A stretch of 64,000 nucleotides of DNA, taken from positions 1,952,001 to 2,016,000 of the forward strand of contig OZ251518.1 in NCBI GenBank assembly GCA_965242965.1, written 5' to 3'. Made by a program: the position numbers and the translations under genes. Position 1 is the stretch's first letter; each line of letters starts with the position of its first letter. Positions 9,765-20,061 of the stretch are shown here, piece after piece. The DNA comes from Candidatus Poribacteria bacterium. GTDB lineage: Bacteria > Poribacteria > WGA-4E > WGA-3G. The notes beneath the pieces are model-generated. The model ran no database searches and was not told the origin of the DNA. It saw nothing but the letters and a program-made list of their open reading frames with translations.

Positions 9765-10152
9765 ATTTGCCTGTCACGGCATCTTTATGATAATGCGCCG
9801 CTTGCGAACCGTTGCATCGGAGGAGCCTATCCGCCGTGAGTAGAATGCCTCTTATCACGCCGTATTCTTGGATGCATGCCATCCCAAAGCGCGAACAGGT
9901 GGGGTGGAAATTGCACGCCGGTTTGTCTTGACTGGAGATGAATTTCTGATAGAGCCGAATGAGTCCGGTGGCGGCTAACTTCAACTCCGAGATTTCGCGC
10001 GGGTCCAAGCGAGGTGTCTCTTTCGGTTGAGGCGTTCGGTTTTCAGCAAGCATCGAGTTTACTTTGCGGATGAAACCCAGGTCTGCCGCTTCATCGGCAA
10101 TTGCCGGCGAAACGAGGATGATTGCCATCAGCAGCGAAAAATAATTTACCAT
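9730..10152 (-). CDS. YidD-like (membrane protein insertion efficiency factor) protein with N-terminal signal
   Basis: IRLYQKFIS..CNFHPTCS..G..LTADRLLRC; start trimmed to ATG 10152 because the upstream extension is repeat DNA. Confidence 0.8.
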   Translation of the reverse strand: MVNYFSLLMAIILVSPAIADEAADLGFIRKVNSMLAENRTPQPKETPRLDPREISELKLAATGLIRLYQKFISSQDKPACNFHPTCSRFGMACIQEYGVIRGILLTADRLLRCNGSQAAHYHKDAVTGKYVDMVSDYATF

Positions 10153-10182
10153 CTGATTTCCTTGATTTTCACGGAGCGCGAG

Positions 10183-10552
10183 GCATGGCGAGGGAAACCC
10201 GCTCGCATGCGCGTATGGCATCCGAGGGCCCAAGCCCTACGATGAAGGGAGGCGGCCTTGACACCCGTAGCGCGGGGGCCTGTCCCCCGCGAGCGTTGGA
10301 GTGCGCGGACGCTGGCGAGGGAAACCCGCTCGGATGCGCGTGGGGCATCCGAGGGCCCAAGCCCTACGATGAAGGGAGGCGGCCTTGACACCCGTAGCGC
10401 GGGGGCCTGTCCCCCGCGAGCGTTGGAGTGCGCGGAACGCTGGCGAGGGAAACCCGCTCGGATGCGCGTGGGGCATCCGAGGGCCCAAGCCCTACGATGA
10501 AGGGGAACATTCTGCCGCCCTATTGCATCAAAACCTCCCGGTCCCTCCTACC
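10183..10552. repeat. Tandem REP-doublet array (~125-bp unit, ~2.5 copies)
   Basis: GGCGAGGGAAACCCGCTCG..GCCCTACGATGAAGG recurs three times. Confidence 0.85.
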
Positions 10553-11207
10553 GATCCGCCAGCAACTTAAAAGTATGCCGATGGATGTCAGACGCGCCAA
10601 ACTCCGCAATCGCAGCACGATGCTGAGGGGTCGGATACCCCTTGTGCTTCGGAAACCCATAGTTCGGATAGGTTTCGCCGAATTCAATCATCAGCGCGTC
10701 GCGCGTCGTTTTGGCGATGATGGAAGCCGCCGCGATAGAAACACTCAAGGTGTCACCTTTTGGAATTGCCTTGCCGATAATGGCGGTTTCCGGAAGATCC
10801 AACCCATCTACCAGCAGGTAATCTGGACATGGCGAGAGGTTTGTAACGGCATCCCGCATCGCGAGGAGCGTTGCTTGTAAAATATTAATCCGCGCAATTG
10901 TCGGCGGATCAGCTCGGCCGACACCTATTGCGATAGCCTCACGATGGATTTCATTGGACAAATGCGAACGTTGACTCGGCGTTAACTGCTTGGAATCCCT
11001 CAAACCGGTAATCTGGCAATCGGGCGGTAAAATAACAGCGGCGGCGATGACGGGCCCAGCCAAAGCCCCTCGGCCCGCCTCGTCAACGCCGGCGATGTGT
11101 CGGTGGCCGTCTTGGCGGCATGCGCGCTCAAAAGCGTCTCGGCATGAAGTGGAAAGCCGACGCGCGGCACCGCTTTCACTTTTAGTATAGGCGTAACGGT
11201 TCTCCAT
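10548..11207 (-). CDS. rnhB: Ribonuclease HII
   Basis: GVDEAGRG, DSKQL, KGD, AAASIIAK, HKGYPT motifs. Confidence 0.95.
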   Translation of the reverse strand: MENRYAYTKSESGAARRLSTSCRDAFERACRQDGHRHIAGVDEAGRGALAGPVIAAAVILPPDCQITGLRDSKQLTPSQRSHLSNEIHREAIAIGVGRADPPTIARINILQATLLAMRDAVTNLSPCPDYLLVDGLDLPETAIIGKAIPKGDTLSVSIAAASIIAKTTRDALMIEFGETYPNYGFPKHKGYPTPQHRAAIAEFGASDIHRHTFKLLADR

Positions 11208-11211
11208 CAGC

Positions 11212-11556
11212 CTATCTTCTTCTCTCTTTGACACGCGCGGCTCTGCCGGTGCGTTCGCGCAAGTAATACAACTTCGCACGCCGAACGGCACCGTATCGGA
11301 CGACTTGAATGCTGTCGATATTAGGTGAATGGAGTGGGAAAGTTCTCTCACTTCCCGTGCCAAACGCGACACGCCGCACCGTAAACGTTGCACGCGCGCC
11401 ACTATGGGCACGACGGATAACCGTGCCTTCATACGCCTGAAGCCGTTCTTTTTGTCCTTCACGGATGCGGGTGTTCACCTTGACAACATCACCGGGACCG
11501 AATTCAGGTATATCGCTTTTCAGATATTGGCTTTCAACGGACTCTATCAAATTCAT
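11212..11556 (-). CDS. rplS: 50S ribosomal protein L19
   Basis: EGQKERLQAYEG, ERTFPLHSP, VRRAKLYYLR. Confidence 0.97.
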   Translation of the reverse strand: MNLIESVESQYLKSDIPEFGPGDVVKVNTRIREGQKERLQAYEGTVIRRAHSGARATFTVRRVAFGTGSERTFPLHSPNIDSIQVVRYGAVRRAKLYYLRERTGRAARVKERRR

Positions 11557-12322
11557 TGTGGGTTTCTCCTCTAAAATCTATTGATTCTTTGTTATGTGCT
11601 GTTATTCCTGCTGCTTCGAGAATAGCAACATCTTCCGCCGTGAGTTCAAGTTGCTTCAGCAACTCCGGGCGGCGTTCCGCCGTGCGCTTAAGTGCCGCCG
11701 CGTACCGCCACTTCTCAACATTCTCATGATGCCCGCTTAACAGCACCTCCGGCACCTGCATCCCTTCAAATTCAGCGGGACGCGTGTAGTGCGGATGATC
11801 GAGTAGTTCGTTGCTGAACGAATCGACTTGGGCGGATTCATAATCGCCAAGGGCACCGGGAAGCACGCGGCCAATGGCATCAATCAGGACAAGCGCGGCG
11901 ATTTCTCCACCGCTCAAAACGTAATCGCCGATGGAAACCTCGGTTGTTACCAGTTTATCGCGCACGCGTTCATCAACGCCTTTGTAACGGCCGCATAAAA
12001 GAATGAGGTGCGTCTCCAAAGAGAGCGCCTCGGCGAGCGACTGCGTAAACGGCGTGCCTTGCGGTGTCAGATAGATAACGTGCGCCGTTTCCGCCGGGTT
12101 TAACTCAGCGAGTGCAGAAAAAATGGGTGCCGGTTTCAGAATCATCCCGGCACCGCCGCCATAGGGATAATCGTCAACCGATTGATGCTTGTCGGTTGCC
12201 CAATCGCGCAGTTGATGCACGTTGACAGCAAGTTTATCCGCCTCTTGCGCGCGCCGAAGAATGCCTGTCTGCAATGCCGGCGCGAGTATCTCTGGGAACA
12301 AGGCGAGGACATCGATTTTCAT
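11534..12322 (-). CDS. trmD: tRNA (guanine-N1)-methyltransferase
   Basis: VDDYPYGGGAGM, SIGDYVLSGGE, YTRP, LLSGHH. Confidence 0.97.
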   Translation of the reverse strand: MKIDVLALFPEILAPALQTGILRRAQEADKLAVNVHQLRDWATDKHQSVDDYPYGGGAGMILKPAPIFSALAELNPAETAHVIYLTPQGTPFTQSLAEALSLETHLILLCGRYKGVDERVRDKLVTTEVSIGDYVLSGGEIAALVLIDAIGRVLPGALGDYESAQVDSFSNELLDHPHYTRPAEFEGMQVPEVLLSGHHENVEKWRYAAALKRTAERRPELLKQLELTAEDVAILEAAGITAHNKESIDFRGETHNEFDRVR

Positions 12323-12335
12323 GAACTGCGCCGCC

Positions 12336-12602
12336 CTATTTCGCGGGTGCCTTCTCCGGGGGTTCAGCGGGTTCAATGAGTTCAAGGATGACCTTTCGAT
12401 TGGCGTTTATCCCGGCGGTATAAAGCACATTTCGGATGGCTTTCAGCGTCCTACCATATTTACCGATAATCTTCCCCAAATCTTCTTCCGCTACCGTCAA
12501 TTCGACAATAACGAGGGTTTCGCTAGTTACTTCGTGAACCACCACCCGGTCTGGATAATCGACGAGCGACTTTGCGATGTATTCGATCAAATCTTTGAAC
12601 AT
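12336..12602 (-). CDS. khpA: KH-domain RNA-binding protein KhpA (YlqC)
   Basis: DLGKIIGKYGRT; conserved position after rpsP. Confidence 0.9.
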   Translation of the reverse strand: MFKDLIEYIAKSLVDYPDRVVVHEVTSETLVIVELTVAEEDLGKIIGKYGRTLKAIRNVLYTAGINANRKVILELIEPAEPPEKAPAK

Positions 12603-12659
12603 TTTGGTATCCTAGTTATGAAACGGGTGTTCTCCACATTCCCTGCTGTCCCCGGTTTT

Positions 12660-13105
12660 CCCGTAGGAGAGACCTCCCGGTCTCGATGCAATATCCCGGT
12701 CCCAACCGTAGCGCGGGGGCCTGTCCCCCGCGATCGCCCGATCTGCGCGAAAACCGCACGCCGACCCAGGCCGTTTCCCTCGCGATCGCAGCATGGCGAG
12801 GGAAACCCGCTCGCATGCGCGTATGGCATCCGAGGGCCCAAGCCCTACGGTAAAGGGACGGCTTTTCTCTAACCGTAGCGCGGGGGCCTGTCCCCCGCGA
12901 GCGTCCGATCTGCGCGAAAACCGCATGCCAACCCAGGCCGTTTCCCCCGAGATCGCGGCATGGCGAGGGACAGGCCCTCGCCCTACGGTAAAGGGGAGTT
13001 TTGCGCTGCCCGTAGCGCGGGGGCCTGTCCCCCGCGATCGTGGCATGGCGAGGGAAACCCGCTCGCATGCGCGTATGGCATCCGAGGGCCCAAGCCCTAC
13101 GATGA
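12660..13105. repeat. REP-doublet array inside the rpsP-khpA junction
   Basis: Three inverted doublets. Confidence 0.85.
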
Positions 13106-13139
13106 AGGGAAGGCGTTTCTCTGTCCCCGGCGCGAACAA

Positions 13140-13523
13140 CTACTCTCCCGATTCAGGTGCCGATTCCGTAAGCAGCGTTCCAGCTTCGGAAGGAGGCTTC
13201 GGTGCTTCCGCTTCTTCGACAGGTTCTTCGGAAATCTCTGCATCCGGCAGCGGTTTCCCAAGTTTCTCGTAAGTAAATTTCCTCAAAATCCCGCGCTTGG
13301 AGAGGAGGTTTTTCGCCGTATCAGTGGGTTGCGCGCCGAGGCGTAACCACTTCAGTGCCTTCTCTTCGTCAATATGAATTTCCGCGGGTTCCGTGAGGGG
13401 GTTGTAATGGCCGAGGCGTTCCAGAAACGCGCCATCCCGCTGCGCGCGTGCATCCGCGGCGACGATCCGATAAAACGGGCGTTTCTTCCTACCGTGCCGT
13501 TGTAATCTGATTCTAACTGCCAA
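13140..13523 (-). CDS. rpsP: 30S ribosomal protein S16 with acidic/Pro C-terminal extension
   Basis: [22 protein letters not shown]; TTG start with AAGGAG RBS. Confidence 0.97.
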   Translation of the reverse strand: MAVRIRLQRHGRKKRPFYRIVAADARAQRDGAFLERLGHYNPLTEPAEIHIDEEKALKWLRLGAQPTDTAKNLLSKRGILRKFTYEKLGKPLPDAEISEEPVEEAEAPKPPSEAGTLLTESAPESGE

Positions 13524-13534
13524 AATATCTCCTT

Positions 13535-14923
13535 TTACTTGCGGCGTTTGCGGCGCCGCGGTCTTTTCGATTTCCGTTTTGCGCGAGGAAGCGCGCCGAG
13601 TTTCTGTCCTACCTGCGGCATCGCCATCGCTTGCTGCTGGTTAAACATGCGGTTCATCATCCGCAGCTGATTCACTAAAGTGTTTACCTGATTGACGGTG
13701 GTGCCGCTGCCTTTTGCAATGCGGAGTTTGCGGCTCCTATCCAACAACGCCGGATTCTGTCGTTCTTCCAGCGTCATCGATTGGATGGCGGCTTTCGCGT
13801 AGTTCAGATGGCTTTCGTCCGGTTTCAGGTCCTTCATCGGGAGTTGATTCTTAAACGGAATCAAATCTACCAATTGCTCCAAGGGCCCCATATTTCCGAT
13901 TTGCTCCAGTTGCGTGAGAAAATCGTTGAAATCCAACCCCTTATTCTCGGTGAGTTTGCGTTCTATGGCTCGCGCCTGGTCATCGGAGAAAACCTGTTCT
14001 GCCTTCTCTACCAAGGTTTGGAAGTCGCCTTGTCCGAGGATGCGCGAGGACATCCGTTCGGGATGAAATTCCTCTAACGCCGCCGCTTCGATTTTTTCAC
14101 CGATACTGATGAACTTAATCGGCTTCTCGGTGATATGCCGGATAGAAAGCGCGGCACCCCCGCGGGCATCGCCGTCCATTTTCGTGAGAATTACGCCATC
14201 AATATCCAGTTCGTTATTGAAGTTTTCGGCGACGTTCACGGCATCTTGTCCTGTCATCGCGTCAACGACGAGCAGGATTTCTGTCGGTTTCACCGCGTCC
14301 TTGATACCTCGCAGTTCGCCCATCAATTCCGCATTGATGTGCAAACGGCCGGCGGTATCCACAATGACACAGTTCTGTCCGCGCGCAAATGCCTCGCTGA
14401 CTGCGTCTTGCGCAATTTTCACCGGTGAGACATCGGTGCCCATGGCGAAGACCGGGGTTTCCGTCTGTTCGCCGAGAATTTGCAATTGCCGAATCGCGGC
14501 GGGCCGGTAGACATCGGCTGCGACGAGGAGCGGGTTACGGCCCTCTTTCCGGAATCTGAGTGCCAGTTTCGCGGCGACTGTCGTTTTGCCAGCACCTTGC
14601 AACCCGACGAGCATGACTACTGTCGGACCGCTCGGTGCGATGCGAATTCTCTCCCCTTCGGCACCCATCAGTTGCGTGAGTTCTTCGCCGATAATCCGGG
14701 CGATTTGGAGCTCCGGCGTGAGGCTGCCCAGGACTTCTTGGCCGAGGGCCCGCGTCCGAATCCGCTCTATAAACGCGCGCGTGACTTTATAGTTGACATC
14801 TGCCTCCAGAAACGCGCGCCGCACCTCGCGCAACGAATCGGAGATATTGCTTTCTGTCAATGTCCCGTGCCCGCGCAGTTTTTTGAAGGTGCTTTGCAAT
14901 CTATCGCTTAAACTCTCAAACAT
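13535..14923 (-). CDS. ffh: Signal recognition particle protein Ffh
   Basis: [20 protein letters not shown] domain RIAKGSG. Confidence 0.97.
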   Translation of the reverse strand: MFESLSDRLQSTFKKLRGHGTLTESNISDSLREVRRAFLEADVNYKVTRAFIERIRTRALGQEVLGSLTPELQIARIIGEELTQLMGAEGERIRIAPSGPTVVMLVGLQGAGKTTVAAKLALRFRKEGRNPLLVAADVYRPAAIRQLQILGEQTETPVFAMGTDVSPVKIAQDAVSEAFARGQNCVIVDTAGRLHINAELMGELRGIKDAVKPTEILLVVDAMTGQDAVNVAENFNNELDIDGVILTKMDGDARGGAALSIRHITEKPIKFISIGEKIEAAALEEFHPERMSSRILGQGDFQTLVEKAEQVFSDDQARAIERKLTENKGLDFNDFLTQLEQIGNMGPLEQLVDLIPFKNQLPMKDLKPDESHLNYAKAAIQSMTLEERQNPALLDRSRKLRIAKGSGTTVNQVNTLVNQLRMMNRMFNQQQAMAMPQVGQKLGALPRAKRKSKRPRRRKRRK

Positions 14924-14973
14924 GGTTGCCGCTTCCTTTCCAATTTTAGGTTCGGATGAAGGTTATTACTATA

Positions 14974-15002
14974 ATTATAGCAAATTTTACTGCAAATGTC
15001 AA
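14974..15002 (-). promoter_or_regulatory. sigma70 promoter of the ffh operon
   Basis: Minus strand TTGACA-N17-TATAAT, perfect consensus. Confidence 0.75.
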
Positions 15003-15099
15003 ATTTTTTTCAATTTTTGTCTGAATTATGCTATAATGGTGTCACATCATCTGAAAAAAGGAGTTAGGATAGGCGCGAGTTTAAAGGAAGGCGTTATTT

Positions 15100-15370
15100 T
15101 TCCCGTAGCGCGGGGGGCCTGTCCCCCGCGATCGTCAAGGCACGCGTTTTTTCCCCGTAGCGCGGGGGCCTGTCCCCCGCGTTGGTTCAAGCACCGTTTT
15201 TTTTTATCGTAGCGCGGGGGCCTGTCCCCCGCGATCTCCATCGTCAAGATGTGTGTTTCCTCTCTGTAGTTTGTGATCGCCTGATCACAAACAGGTCAGG
15301 ATCAGGCGATCCTGACCTACGAGCCTGGTGCACGAACGATGGCGAGGGACAGGCCCTCGCCCTACGATCC
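15100..15370. repeat. REP cluster
   Basis: GTAGCGCGGGGGCCTGTCCCCCGCG x3 and others. Confidence 0.85.
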
Positions 15371-15412
15371 GTTGGCAATTCGCGCATTCACGTCTATCCT
15401 GAGGATTTTAAT

Positions 15413-16927
15413 ATGAATCAAGAAGAGAAAAAAGCGACAGAAGATGCAGCATCTGACGATAATAAGTCATTGCCGCCTCCCGAAGATAAACTCTCTGTCA
15501 CGCACCACAGCGTCACGATTAATGACGAAGAGATTCGTTATACCGCAACTACCGGCACGCTCGTCCTGAAAGAGGAAAGCGAGAAAGAAGGCGAAAAGGC
15601 GAAGGCATCCGTTTTCTTCGTCGCCTATACCCGCGATGATGTCGCGGATTCAGGGAGTCGCCCGATAACCTTCGCATTCAACGGCGGACCCGGATCCTCC
15701 TCTGTCTGGTTGCATCTCGGATTGCTGGGGCCCCGGCGCATCAATCCTGATGAAGAGGGAAATCCGCCTCAGCCGCCTTACCAACTCATCAATAACGACT
15801 TCTCCGTCTTGGACAAGACGGACCTGGTTTTCATCGACCCGGTCAGCACCGGGTTCAGCCGGGCAGTGCCAGGCGAAGAAGCGAAGCAATTCCACGGGTT
15901 CAAGAAGGATATTGAATCCGTCGGCGATTTCATCCTCCTCTATTTAGGACGTTACAAACGCTGGGGTTCCCCGAAGTTCCTCATCGGAGAAAGTTACGGG
16001 ACAACGCGGGCGGCGGGACTTTCCGGCTATTTGCAGGAGCAAAACGGCACTTATCTCAACGGTATCATGCTTGTTTCGGTGGTGCTGAATTTCCAGACGA
16101 TTCGGTTCTCTCCCGGCAACGATTTGCCCTATATCCTCTTTTTGCCGACTTACGCGGCGGCGGCACTTCATCACGGAAAGTCAGAGGCCAGCCAGGAAAC
16201 CCCGTTAGATCCGTTTCAAGTTGCGGAGCATTTTGACGCTACCTTGGACGAGGTGAAAGCGTTCGCGATGCGCGAATACACGCTCGCCTTGATGGAGGGC
16301 TCGGAGATTCCGCCCGGCACGCGCGCCGATATGATTAAACGGCTGGCGGCATATACAGGGCTGTCCCGTGATTACCTTGACTGGACGGACCTGCGGATTG
16401 AGATTTCGCGATTCTGCAAGGAGCTGCTCCGAGACGAAGGGCGCACCGTTGGCAGGTTTGATTGCCGATACACCGGCATTGACAGGGATTCAGCCGGCGA
16501 GTCTTTTGAATATGACCCGAGTTCGGCAATTATTCAGGGCGCGTATACGGCTATGCTCAACAATTACGTGCGTGGCGAATTGGAATTCGAGAGCGATCTG
16601 CCGTATGAAATCCTCAGTCGCCGCGTGCATCCGTGGAACTATGAGGAGCATCAGAACCAGTATGTCAACGTCGCCGACACTTTGCGCAAGGCGATGACGA
16701 TGAATCCGGCGTTGAAAGTTTTCGTCGCCAGTGGTTATTACGATTTAGCCACCCCGTATCTAGCGACGGAATACACGTTTACGCATCTTGGGCTTGACAA
16801 GTCCTTGCAGGACAACATCACGATGGCTTACTACAAAGCGGGTCACATGATGTATATTGATATGGACGAGTTGGCGAAAATGAAGGCGGATCTGGATGCC
16901 TTTCTTGAAAACGCGCTCCCCGGTTAA
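15413..16927 (+). CDS. Peptidase S10 (serine carboxypeptidase)
   Basis: FNGGPGSSS, DPVSTGFS, GESYG, GHMMY; start trimmed to ATG 15413. Confidence 0.92.
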   Translation: MNQEEKKATEDAASDDNKSLPPPEDKLSVTHHSVTINDEEIRYTATTGTLVLKEESEKEGEKAKASVFFVAYTRDDVADSGSRPITFAFNGGPGSSSVWLHLGLLGPRRINPDEEGNPPQPPYQLINNDFSVLDKTDLVFIDPVSTGFSRAVPGEEAKQFHGFKKDIESVGDFILLYLGRYKRWGSPKFLIGESYGTTRAAGLSGYLQEQNGTYLNGIMLVSVVLNFQTIRFSPGNDLPYILFLPTYAAAALHHGKSEASQETPLDPFQVAEHFDATLDEVKAFAMREYTLALMEGSEIPPGTRADMIKRLAAYTGLSRDYLDWTDLRIEISRFCKELLRDEGRTVGRFDCRYTGIDRDSAGESFEYDPSSAIIQGAYTAMLNNYVRGELEFESDLPYEILSRRVHPWNYEEHQNQYVNVADTLRKAMTMNPALKVFVASGYYDLATPYLATEYTFTHLGLDKSLQDNITMAYYKAGHMMYIDMDELAKMKADLDAFLENALPG

Positions 16928-16947
16928 GTGGAAAAACGGGGAATTCC

Positions 16948-17415
16948 CAGTAGGAGAGACCTCCTGGTCTCGATGTTCCCGTAGCGGGGGGGCCTGTCCC
17001 CCGCGATCGTTGGGTAACCCGGAGCATGGCGAGGGACAAGCCCTCGCCCTACGAGGAAGGGAAGGCGTTTTTTCCAACGCATCGTCTTAGGTCCTTTAGG
17101 ACCTACATGTCTATAGAAAAACGTGCTAGCTCATGTCAAGGTCCTTTAGGTCCTTAATAGGAAACCACGCTGCACATCAAAACACATTAAGGACCTAAAG
17201 GACCTTAAAGCTCTTCACGTCTCCGAGTGCTATAGACATTAAGGTCCTACGGACCTTAGAGACGTTTTTCCGCAGCGCGAGGCATGGCGAGGGACAGGCC
17301 CTCGCCCTACGATGAAGGGAGGATTTTCGCCGCATTGCATCGAGACCAGGAGGTCTCTCCTACGGGATTGCATCGGGTTGGCCCCATCTGTAGTTTGCGA
17401 TCGCCTGATCGCAAA
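16948..17415. repeat. REP cluster containing a ~170-bp GGTCC palindrome (17087-17258)
   Basis: AGGTCCTTTAGGACCT..CTATAG..AGGTCCTACGGACCT. Confidence 0.85.
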
Positions 17416-17445
17416 GCGAACATCATTAACGCTTGACAGAGACTT

Positions 17446-18492
17446 ATGACTTACCAAAGAGAATTTGAAAACCGATTAAACGTCGCCGTTGTCGGCGTAG
17501 GTTCACACGGTTATCGGAACATTTTGCCGACGCTGACATTCCTGCCGATTCGGCTGCAGGCACTTTGCGATGTTGATATCGCCCGCGCGCGCATCACAGC
17601 AGAACAATACGGCGTGAAGGCGTGTTACACGAATATGACAGAGATGTTCCGGAACGAGGAATTAGACGCGGTTTTCCTCTGTGTGCCGCCGCGCCTGCAC
17701 CCGGAGTTAACCTGCGAGGCATTGGATGCAGGCGTGCATGTCTGGCTAGAAAAGCCGCCGGGTATGTTCGCCAACGAAATAGAGGAGATGATTCGCCATC
17801 GGCGTGACAAGGTGGTGGTTGTCGGCTTCAAAAAGGCGTTTATGCCTGCGACGCGGAAGATTATTGAAATCTTTGGCTCGGCAAAATACGGTCCGTTGCG
17901 AACGATTTTGGGGGTTTATCCGATGACAATTCCCAAAGATGGCAGGCGCGTCCTACGCGAAGGTGAACATACCAACTGGCTCCAAAACGGCTGTCATCCA
18001 TTGTCGCTGTTATTGGCAGTCGGTGGGAAGGTTTCTGCCGTCACCGTGCATTTAGGCCAGCGCGGGGGTGGCGCGTGCATTTTAGAATTCGCCAGCGGCG
18101 CGCTCGGCAATTTCCACTTGGCAGACGGTGCGCGACACGGACAGCCCGCGGAACATTACCAATTTTTCGGGAACAACTGCCACGCCGAAATCGTCAACGG
18201 CACAAAGGTATTGCTACAACGCGGCATGCGCCTTGATTACCACGGCGGCACCACTTTCGTGCCGGAAGGGTTTGACAGCGGTGCCATCGTCTGGGAACCG
18301 CAACACAGCCTCGGCACGCTGGAAAACAAGGGGCTTTTCATCCAAGGATTCTACCAAGAAATGCACTATTTCTGTGACTGCATTTTGGAGGGGAGAACCG
18401 CGGAACAGGGCTCCCTTGAATTCGCCTTGGAAGTGATGAAGGTTTACGAAGCGGGGCTCCGTTCGGAAGGCGAGAGAGTTCTCGTTCAGTAG
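17446..18492 (+). CDS. Gfo/Idh/MocA family oxidoreductase
   Basis: VGVGSHG Rossmann motif, EKP. Confidence 0.9.
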   Translation: MTYQREFENRLNVAVVGVGSHGYRNILPTLTFLPIRLQALCDVDIARARITAEQYGVKACYTNMTEMFRNEELDAVFLCVPPRLHPELTCEALDAGVHVWLEKPPGMFANEIEEMIRHRRDKVVVVGFKKAFMPATRKIIEIFGSAKYGPLRTILGVYPMTIPKDGRRVLREGEHTNWLQNGCHPLSLLLAVGGKVSAVTVHLGQRGGGACILEFASGALGNFHLADGARHGQPAEHYQFFGNNCHAEIVNGTKVLLQRGMRLDYHGGTTFVPEGFDSGAIVWEPQHSLGTLENKGLFIQGFYQEMHYFCDCILEGRTAEQGSLEFALEVMKVYEAGLRSEGERVLVQ

Positions 18493-18522
18493 ACATGCCG
18501 ACAGCAATTGAAGGAAAAAACT

Positions 18523-19536
18523 ATGGAATATAGACGACTCGGCAGCAGTGGGCTCAAGGTTTCTGAAATCTGCCTCGGCACGATGACGTTCGGGCACGGC
18601 GCAGATGAGGCGGAAACCAACCGGATGATACACCTTGCCTGGGATGCTGGCGTAAACTTTTTTGACACGGCGAATTCGTATGCCGACGGCGCATCCGAAA
18701 TTCTGCTCGGCAAGGCACTTAAAGGGAGACGGCGCGATGCTGTCGTCGCTACCAAGTTTTTCAACCCGATGGGACCCGGGCCGAACGATTCGGGGATGTC
18801 TCGCGTCCATATCATGCAGGCGATTGACGATAGCCTCAAACGGCTGCAGATGGATTACGTGGATATCTACTATATCCATCACGTGGACACGCAAACGCCG
18901 TTAGAGGAGATGTTGCGCGCGCTCGATGATCTGGTAAGGCAAGGGAAGGTTCGCTATACGGCGTGTAGCAACTACCAAGCGTGGCGGTTATCGGAAGCGT
19001 TGTGGCTCAGCGATGCGCTTAACTTGACACGGTTCGCCTGCTATCAACCGCAATATAGCCTCGTCGTGCGGGATATTGAGCAGGAATTGGTGCCGCTTTG
19101 CGAATACAAAGGGCTCGGCATCGTCGTCTGGAGTCCGTTGGCAGGCGGGTTCTTATCGGGCAAATACCGGGCAGGGGAACGCATCCAGGGCGGCACGCGC
19201 TCCGAAGAAGGCTGGGCATATCCGCAACGCTATTTTGCCGAGAACGCCGATGAAACGCTGCAGACGCTCTACGACGTTTCCGAAGCGTCGCAATATAGTC
19301 CGGCGCAAGTCGCGCTACGGTGGGTGCTTGAACAGCGCGCAATAACTTCCGTGATTGTCGGCGCACGACACGCCGAGCATCTTCGCGATAACTTGGGCAC
19401 AGCGGGGTGGCGGCTAACGGGAGAGGCACTCCAGAGACTGAACACCGTCTCGCATCTGCCAGAACGTTACCCGGAGGCGATGGAGAAGAATATGCATGAA
19501 CGCCGCGATAGTGCAGTGAAGATGCCCCTGCAATAA
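18523..19536 (+). CDS. Aldo/keto reductase
   Basis: LGTMTFG, DTANSY, SLKRLQMDYVD, WSPLAGG. Confidence 0.93.
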   Translation: MEYRRLGSSGLKVSEICLGTMTFGHGADEAETNRMIHLAWDAGVNFFDTANSYADGASEILLGKALKGRRRDAVVATKFFNPMGPGPNDSGMSRVHIMQAIDDSLKRLQMDYVDIYYIHHVDTQTPLEEMLRALDDLVRQGKVRYTACSNYQAWRLSEALWLSDALNLTRFACYQPQYSLVVRDIEQELVPLCEYKGLGIVVWSPLAGGFLSGKYRAGERIQGGTRSEEGWAYPQRYFAENADETLQTLYDVSEASQYSPAQVALRWVLEQRAITSVIVGARHAEHLRDNLGTAGWRLTGEALQRLNTVSHLPERYPEAMEKNMHERRDSAVKMPLQ

Positions 19537-19594
19537 AGCCCTTGCAATAAAGAAAGAGTGAACTTTTCTCCACTGCATTTGTCTAAACAATCAA

Positions 19595-19995
19595 AGGTAT
19601 TTCATAAATCTCTCAACGTTGCGGTGACAGGCTCCCAGTGCTACGGGAAAAAAACGCCGCCCCTTCACATAGGGCGAGGGCCCTCGGATGCCACACGCGC
19701 ATCCGAGCGGGTTTCCCTCGCCATCGTTCGATCGCCACGCTGATTCTGTAGGGCAAGAGCACCTGCTCCTGACCCGCTCGGGAGCGGGCGCTCCCGAACT
19801 ACAGAGGTGGGAGAACCCGATACGTCTTCCGGTAGGCGGGACATCCTTGTCCCGATACCTCTTCGGGTAGGCGGGACATCCTTGTCCCGATACGTCTTCA
19901 GTAGGCGGGACATCCTTGTCCCGAAATCTGCACATCGAGACCGGGAGGTCTCTCCTACCGGGGAGCAATCGAGACCGGGAGGTCCCGCCGACGGG
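19595..19995. repeat. REP cluster with a degenerate solo TIR at the left end
   Basis: AGGTATTTCATAAATCTCTCAACGTTGCGG then REP units. Confidence 0.8.
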
Positions 19996-20061
19996 GACAC
20001 CGCTCGCTTGGAGAAAAATGATGCCATTGTTTGCAGGAGACCAGAAAAGGAGGGAATTGCG

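Noticed and set aside
7547-13346. Short ORFs with peptides such as VARGPVPR, MARDRPSPY, AGDRPPRYG
   Set aside because: Translations of GC-rich REP DNA in several frames; no RBS or domain
15182-15412. Long N-terminal extensions in the ORF track (S10 peptidase, MacA-like, YidD-like, rnhB, trmD, permease 40702)
   Set aside because: They run through REP DNA or neighbouring genes; downstream ATGs fit family N-termini
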